This document shows positions 60,709 through 64,000 of a stretch of DNA of 64,000 nt, in pieces; position 1 is the first letter of the stretch, and every line of letters begins with the position of its first letter. The DNA is taken from NCBI GenBank assembly GCA_018817165.1, contig JAHITY010000062.1, positions 26,958 to 90,957 on the forward strand. The letters run 5' to 3'. A program made the position numbers and the translations under genes. Source of the stretch: Candidatus Omnitrophota bacterium. Its GTDB lineage: Bacteria; Omnitrophota; Gorgyraeia; B26-G9. The notes under the pieces are model-generated. The model was given only the letters and a program-made list of their open reading frames with translations. It ran no database searches and was not told the DNA's origin.

Positions 60709-61854
60709 ATGTTAAGACAAATAAACAAAATAAACGCAATACTTTTTATTATATTGGGACTACTTTTATTTAGTCTGGTTAATTATTCTTATGCGGATAG
60801 TCAAAAGTTTCAAACAGCTCAAGCAGGAAAAAATTCAGCTAAAAAAAAATTAAAACTATTAATAACCAATGTTTCTTTAGATAAAAAAGCAATCAATCCT
60901 GTAAAGAATGAAGCAGCTAGCATAAGATTCCGGCTTAATAAAAAAGCGCAAATAAGCGCGAAAATATATAATTCTCTTGACCAGCTTGTCAGGGAAATTA
61001 AATCGCGGGATATGTGTAAATCTGGTTATAATGAAATTATCTGGGATGGTAAAGACAAAGACGGGCAAATTGTTATCCCGGATGCTTATGTTTACACCTT
61101 AACTGGTTATGATCAAAAAAATAATGAATTAATGGTCTTTGATCCGGCTGATGAAACCGGGGGGTTAACTCTTGCGATAAGAGAATTCGCTACGGATAGT
61201 ACAAGGGGCCAGATTACTTATGTATTGCCCAAAGCTGCTAGAGTAAGAATTCGCATTGGCTTAAAAAATGGGGGGCCTTTATTACGCACGCTTATTGATT
61301 TTAAACCACAGCCAGCAGGCAGAAATAATCTGATCTGGGATGGCTTTGACAGTTCTCATGTTTTTAATTTTCTGGGCAATGAAAATCTGTTTATAAATAT
61401 ATCGGCTTTTAGTTTGGCGGAAAACAGTATTATTGTTGATTATTCGCAACCAATTATTTCTAATGAAACTAAAAACTATTCAGACGCGGAAATGAGGATT
61501 AAGAAAGAAACTGATTTGCCAAAAGATATGCATGCTTTGCATGAAAGAGATAAATGTCATGAGCCTGATTTTGGATTTCAAGTCATGTATGAAAACAAGA
61601 AGGATGATATTATTCCTATAAAAATCAGACTTTCAGATAAAGATAAAATTGAATTGATTGGCACTCGTTATGAAATTGTATTTTTTTTGGATAATGTTTT
61701 TATTTTTGAAGAAGAAGAAGGAATATCTCCGCTTACTTATCAATTTGATACTAAAGGGATTAATTCAGGCAAGCATTTATTGACTATAAATCTTCATGGT
61801 TTTGATAATCATGTGGCAACCAGGTCTGAGGAAATTATTATAAAGAGGGAATAA
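60709..61854 (+). CDS. Secreted protein with FlgD-Ig-like domain
   Basis: Signal peptide; ASIRFRLNKKAQISAKIYNSLDQLVREIK...IWDGKDKDGQIVIPDAYVY. Confidence 0.5.
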   Translation: MLRQINKINAILFIILGLLLFSLVNYSYADSQKFQTAQAGKNSAKKKLKLLITNVSLDKKAINPVKNEAASIRFRLNKKAQISAKIYNSLDQLVREIKSRDMCKSGYNEIIWDGKDKDGQIVIPDAYVYTLTGYDQKNNELMVFDPADETGGLTLAIREFATDSTRGQITYVLPKAARVRIRIGLKNGGPLLRTLIDFKPQPAGRNNLIWDGFDSSHVFNFLGNENLFINISAFSLAENSIIVDYSQPIISNETKNYSDAEMRIKKETDLPKDMHALHERDKCHEPDFGFQVMYENKKDDIIPIKIRLSDKDKIELIGTRYEIVFFLDNVFIFEEEEGISPLTYQFDTKGINSGKHLLTINLHGFDNHVATRSEEIIIKRE

Positions 61855-64000
61855 TGAAAAGATTAAAAAAACTAATCGCAAGTTTATTAATAATCCTGTT
61901 TATATTGCAAACAAGTGGTATTCAAACTTTGCGTGCTGATTGCTGGAATGGAAGCGGGGATAGTTTTGGCGTTGTAGAAGCTATTGTGGATGTAATGATG
62001 CATTATGCAGGAGCTAAGAACTCCAATGAAAATGCTAATGAAAGTGAGGGGATTGATCCTGTTTATTTGAATAGCGGTGAATACAATTATTCTCAGCAGG
62101 ATTTATTTATTCCAAGCCGTGCTATGCCTATTGAAATAAAGCGCTATTATAAAAGCCAAAAAGATGTTAATGGAGTTTTAGGCTTTGGCTGGTTTTTAAG
62201 CTGTAATATCAGGTTAAAGCGTTTAATAAATAATAATATTGTAGTTATTCAGGGTGATGGCAGAAAAGATGAATATCTTAGAGATTATGTAAATGATCAA
62301 TATATTCCGCCTGCGGGAATTTATTCAGACTTGGTACAGAACCAAGACGGCACAGTTACGCTCACAGAGAAAAACGGTAAAAAATACAAATTTGATATTA
62401 ACGGCAATCTGGCAACAATAATTGATCGCAATAATAATAGTATGAGTTTTAGCTATTCTGCTTTAAAAGAACCGATTGTCGGCAAATCACCTTATTTTGT
62501 TAATCAAGTGCAGGGTTTGCTGGGCTATGAATATAAACTGCAGAAAATAACTGATACTGTTGGCAGGGATATAGATTTTACTTATAATTCTAATGGTCGG
62601 CTTGAGAAAATAAAAGATTTTACCGGCAGGGAAATAATCTACAGTTTTGACAGCAATGATGATTTGGCTTCAGTACAGGATCCAATGGGTAATCTTGTTC
62701 ATTATACTTATGATACAAACCATAATCTTTTGACGATTAAAGATAAAAAAGACCAGACCTATGTAACCAATGAATATAATGCTTCAGATAAACTTATAAC
62801 CCAGAATTACGGTGGTTATACCAGTACAGTTAACTATGATGAAGAAAACAGTATTACCACAGTTACTGACCGCAGAGGCTACACAACTGTTTCCACCTTT
62901 GATGATGCGGGAAATCCAATAAAGAAGGAAGTATTTACTGATAATGTGCGGACTGGTGATCCTGCATCCTATGTAACTCAAACAGAATATAATCCTGATA
63001 AAGAAGTAACAAAGATTATATATCCAAAAGGCAATTCTCTTAGCAAAGAATACGATGCAAAGGGTAATGTTTTAAAAATCATAAGAAGTCCTGTTGCTGG
63101 ATCAAGTGAGCCGGATATTGTAACCGAGTTTACATATGATTCGGTGTTTAATTTTATTAAGACAGTAAAAGACCCTTTAGGACGAATTACAATATATGAC
63201 TATGATAATGATGGCAATATTATAACCATAACTTATCCTGAAGTTGATTCTCAAATACCGGAAGTGACATTTACCTATAATCAATACGGACAGCTGGAAA
63301 CCAAAACCGATCAAAACGGAGTAATTACCAAATTTGAATATTATCCTGCTACAGGATATTTGCATAAAACAATCACGGATTTTGGAGATATTACCCATAA
63401 TAATGTCACAACGGAATTCACATATGATGATAGAGGAAATATATTAACAGTAACTGATGCCAAGGGTAATATAACAACAATGGAGTATGATGTTTTAAAC
63501 AGACTGACTAAAACCATATCGCCTGCACCGTTTAATTATCAGACTAAATATACATATGATGAAAATGATAATCTGATCAAGCTGGAAAGACAAAAAGACG
63601 CAGCTGCAACCCAGTGGCAGCTAACAGAATATGAATACGATAATCTTGATCAATTAGTTCTAACCAAACAATATCTAACAGATGTAGATATTTATACAAC
63701 TGCTTTTGAATATGACGGAAGTCAAAACAGAACTAAAATCATTGATGCGGAAAATAAACAAACAAACTATGTTTACGATGAACGCGGACTATTGTATACA
63801 GTTACAGATGCTGAAAATAATATTACCACTTACAGCTATGATGCTAATGGTAATTTAAAAGAGATTATGGATGCAAAGACCAATACGACAGACTATGAAT
63901 ATGATGATTTCAACAGGGTTTTAAAGACAATATATCCTGATACTTCTTATGAAGAATTTACTTATGATGCTAATTCAAATCTAAAAACCAAACGCACCAG
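61854..64000 (+). CDS. RHS/YD-repeat protein, N-terminal ~715 aa (continues beyond window end)
   Basis: ATG at 61854 overlaps the upstream stop (TAATG). Signal peptide, then more than 10 YD repeats (YTYDTNHNLLTI, FTYNQYGQLETKTD, YTYDENDNLIKLE, YVYDERGLLYTVTD, YSYDANGNLKEI, FTYDANSNLKTK). The frame is open to base 64000. Confidence 0.8.
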   Translation, partial: MKRLKKLIASLLIILFILQTSGIQTLRADCWNGSGDSFGVVEAIVDVMMHYAGAKNSNENANESEGIDPVYLNSGEYNYSQQDLFIPSRAMPIEIKRYYKSQKDVNGVLGFGWFLSCNIRLKRLINNNIVVIQGDGRKDEYLRDYVNDQYIPPAGIYSDLVQNQDGTVTLTEKNGKKYKFDINGNLATIIDRNNNSMSFSYSALKEPIVGKSPYFVNQVQGLLGYEYKLQKITDTVGRDIDFTYNSNGRLEKIKDFTGREIIYSFDSNDDLASVQDPMGNLVHYTYDTNHNLLTIKDKKDQTYVTNEYNASDKLITQNYGGYTSTVNYDEENSITTVTDRRGYTTVSTFDDAGNPIKKEVFTDNVRTGDPASYVTQTEYNPDKEVTKIIYPKGNSLSKEYDAKGNVLKIIRSPVAGSSEPDIVTEFTYDSVFNFIKTVKDPLGRITIYDYDNDGNIITITYPEVDSQIPEVTFTYNQYGQLETKTDQNGVITKFEYYPATGYLHKTITDFGDITHNNVTTEFTYDDRGNILTVTDAKGNITTMEYDVLNRLTKTISPAPFNYQTKYTYDENDNLIKLERQKDAAATQWQLTEYEYDNLDQLVLTKQYLTDVDIYTTAFEYDGSQNRTKIIDAENKQTNYVYDERGLLYTVTDAENNITTYSYDANGNLKEIMDAKTNTTDYEYDDFNRVLKTIYPDTSYEEFTYDANSNLKTKRT

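Overview
This 64 kb window is AT-rich (about 35-38% GC by eye). Every convincing gene lies on the + strand; all minus-strand ORFs in the track are short, overlap + strand genes and look spurious. The lineage is unknown.

Positions 1-17880 hold a complete type IV pilus (T4P) locus: pilB (5' truncated by the window edge), pilC, a promoter/riboswitch-like leader, two minor pilins, a 925-aa PilX-N/PilY1-like protein, a PilS-like kinase, a sigma-54 PilR regulator, a consensus sigma-54 promoter, three tandem PilA-type pilins, a GAF-GGDEF diguanylate cyclase, a fused PilM-PilN, PilO, PilP and the PilQ secretin. Together these read as a candidate c-di-GMP-controlled pilus circuit.

Positions 17986-31578 are housekeeping genes: rimP-nusA-infB-trpS, scpAB, the aromatic amino acid genes pheA/hisC/DAHP synthase/tyrA, cmk, plsC and rpsA.

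After the rpsA terminator comes about 965 bp with no ORFs, elevated GC and many hairpins. It begins with a roughly 215-nt structured element (31694-31910). A diverged second copy of that element sits between queA and tgt (46108-46320). Several stems differ between the two copies by compensatory changes.

The remaining genes are tyrS, recG, an NSS transporter, an EF-G paralog, an orphan pseudopilin, yebC, a ruvCAB-queH-queA operon, tgt, a monocistronic H-NOX haem sensor gene, a 1214-aa glycogen-synthase-like (GT5) protein with large extensions, and a cluster of secreted/surface proteins. That cluster includes a Thr/Ala-rich candidate fibre subunit, a 1651-aa adhesin with PPC and FlgD-Ig repeats, and a TolB-like propeller. 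The window ends in a 5' portion of an RHS/YD-repeat protein. No CRISPR array, rRNA, tRNA or transposase was recognised.
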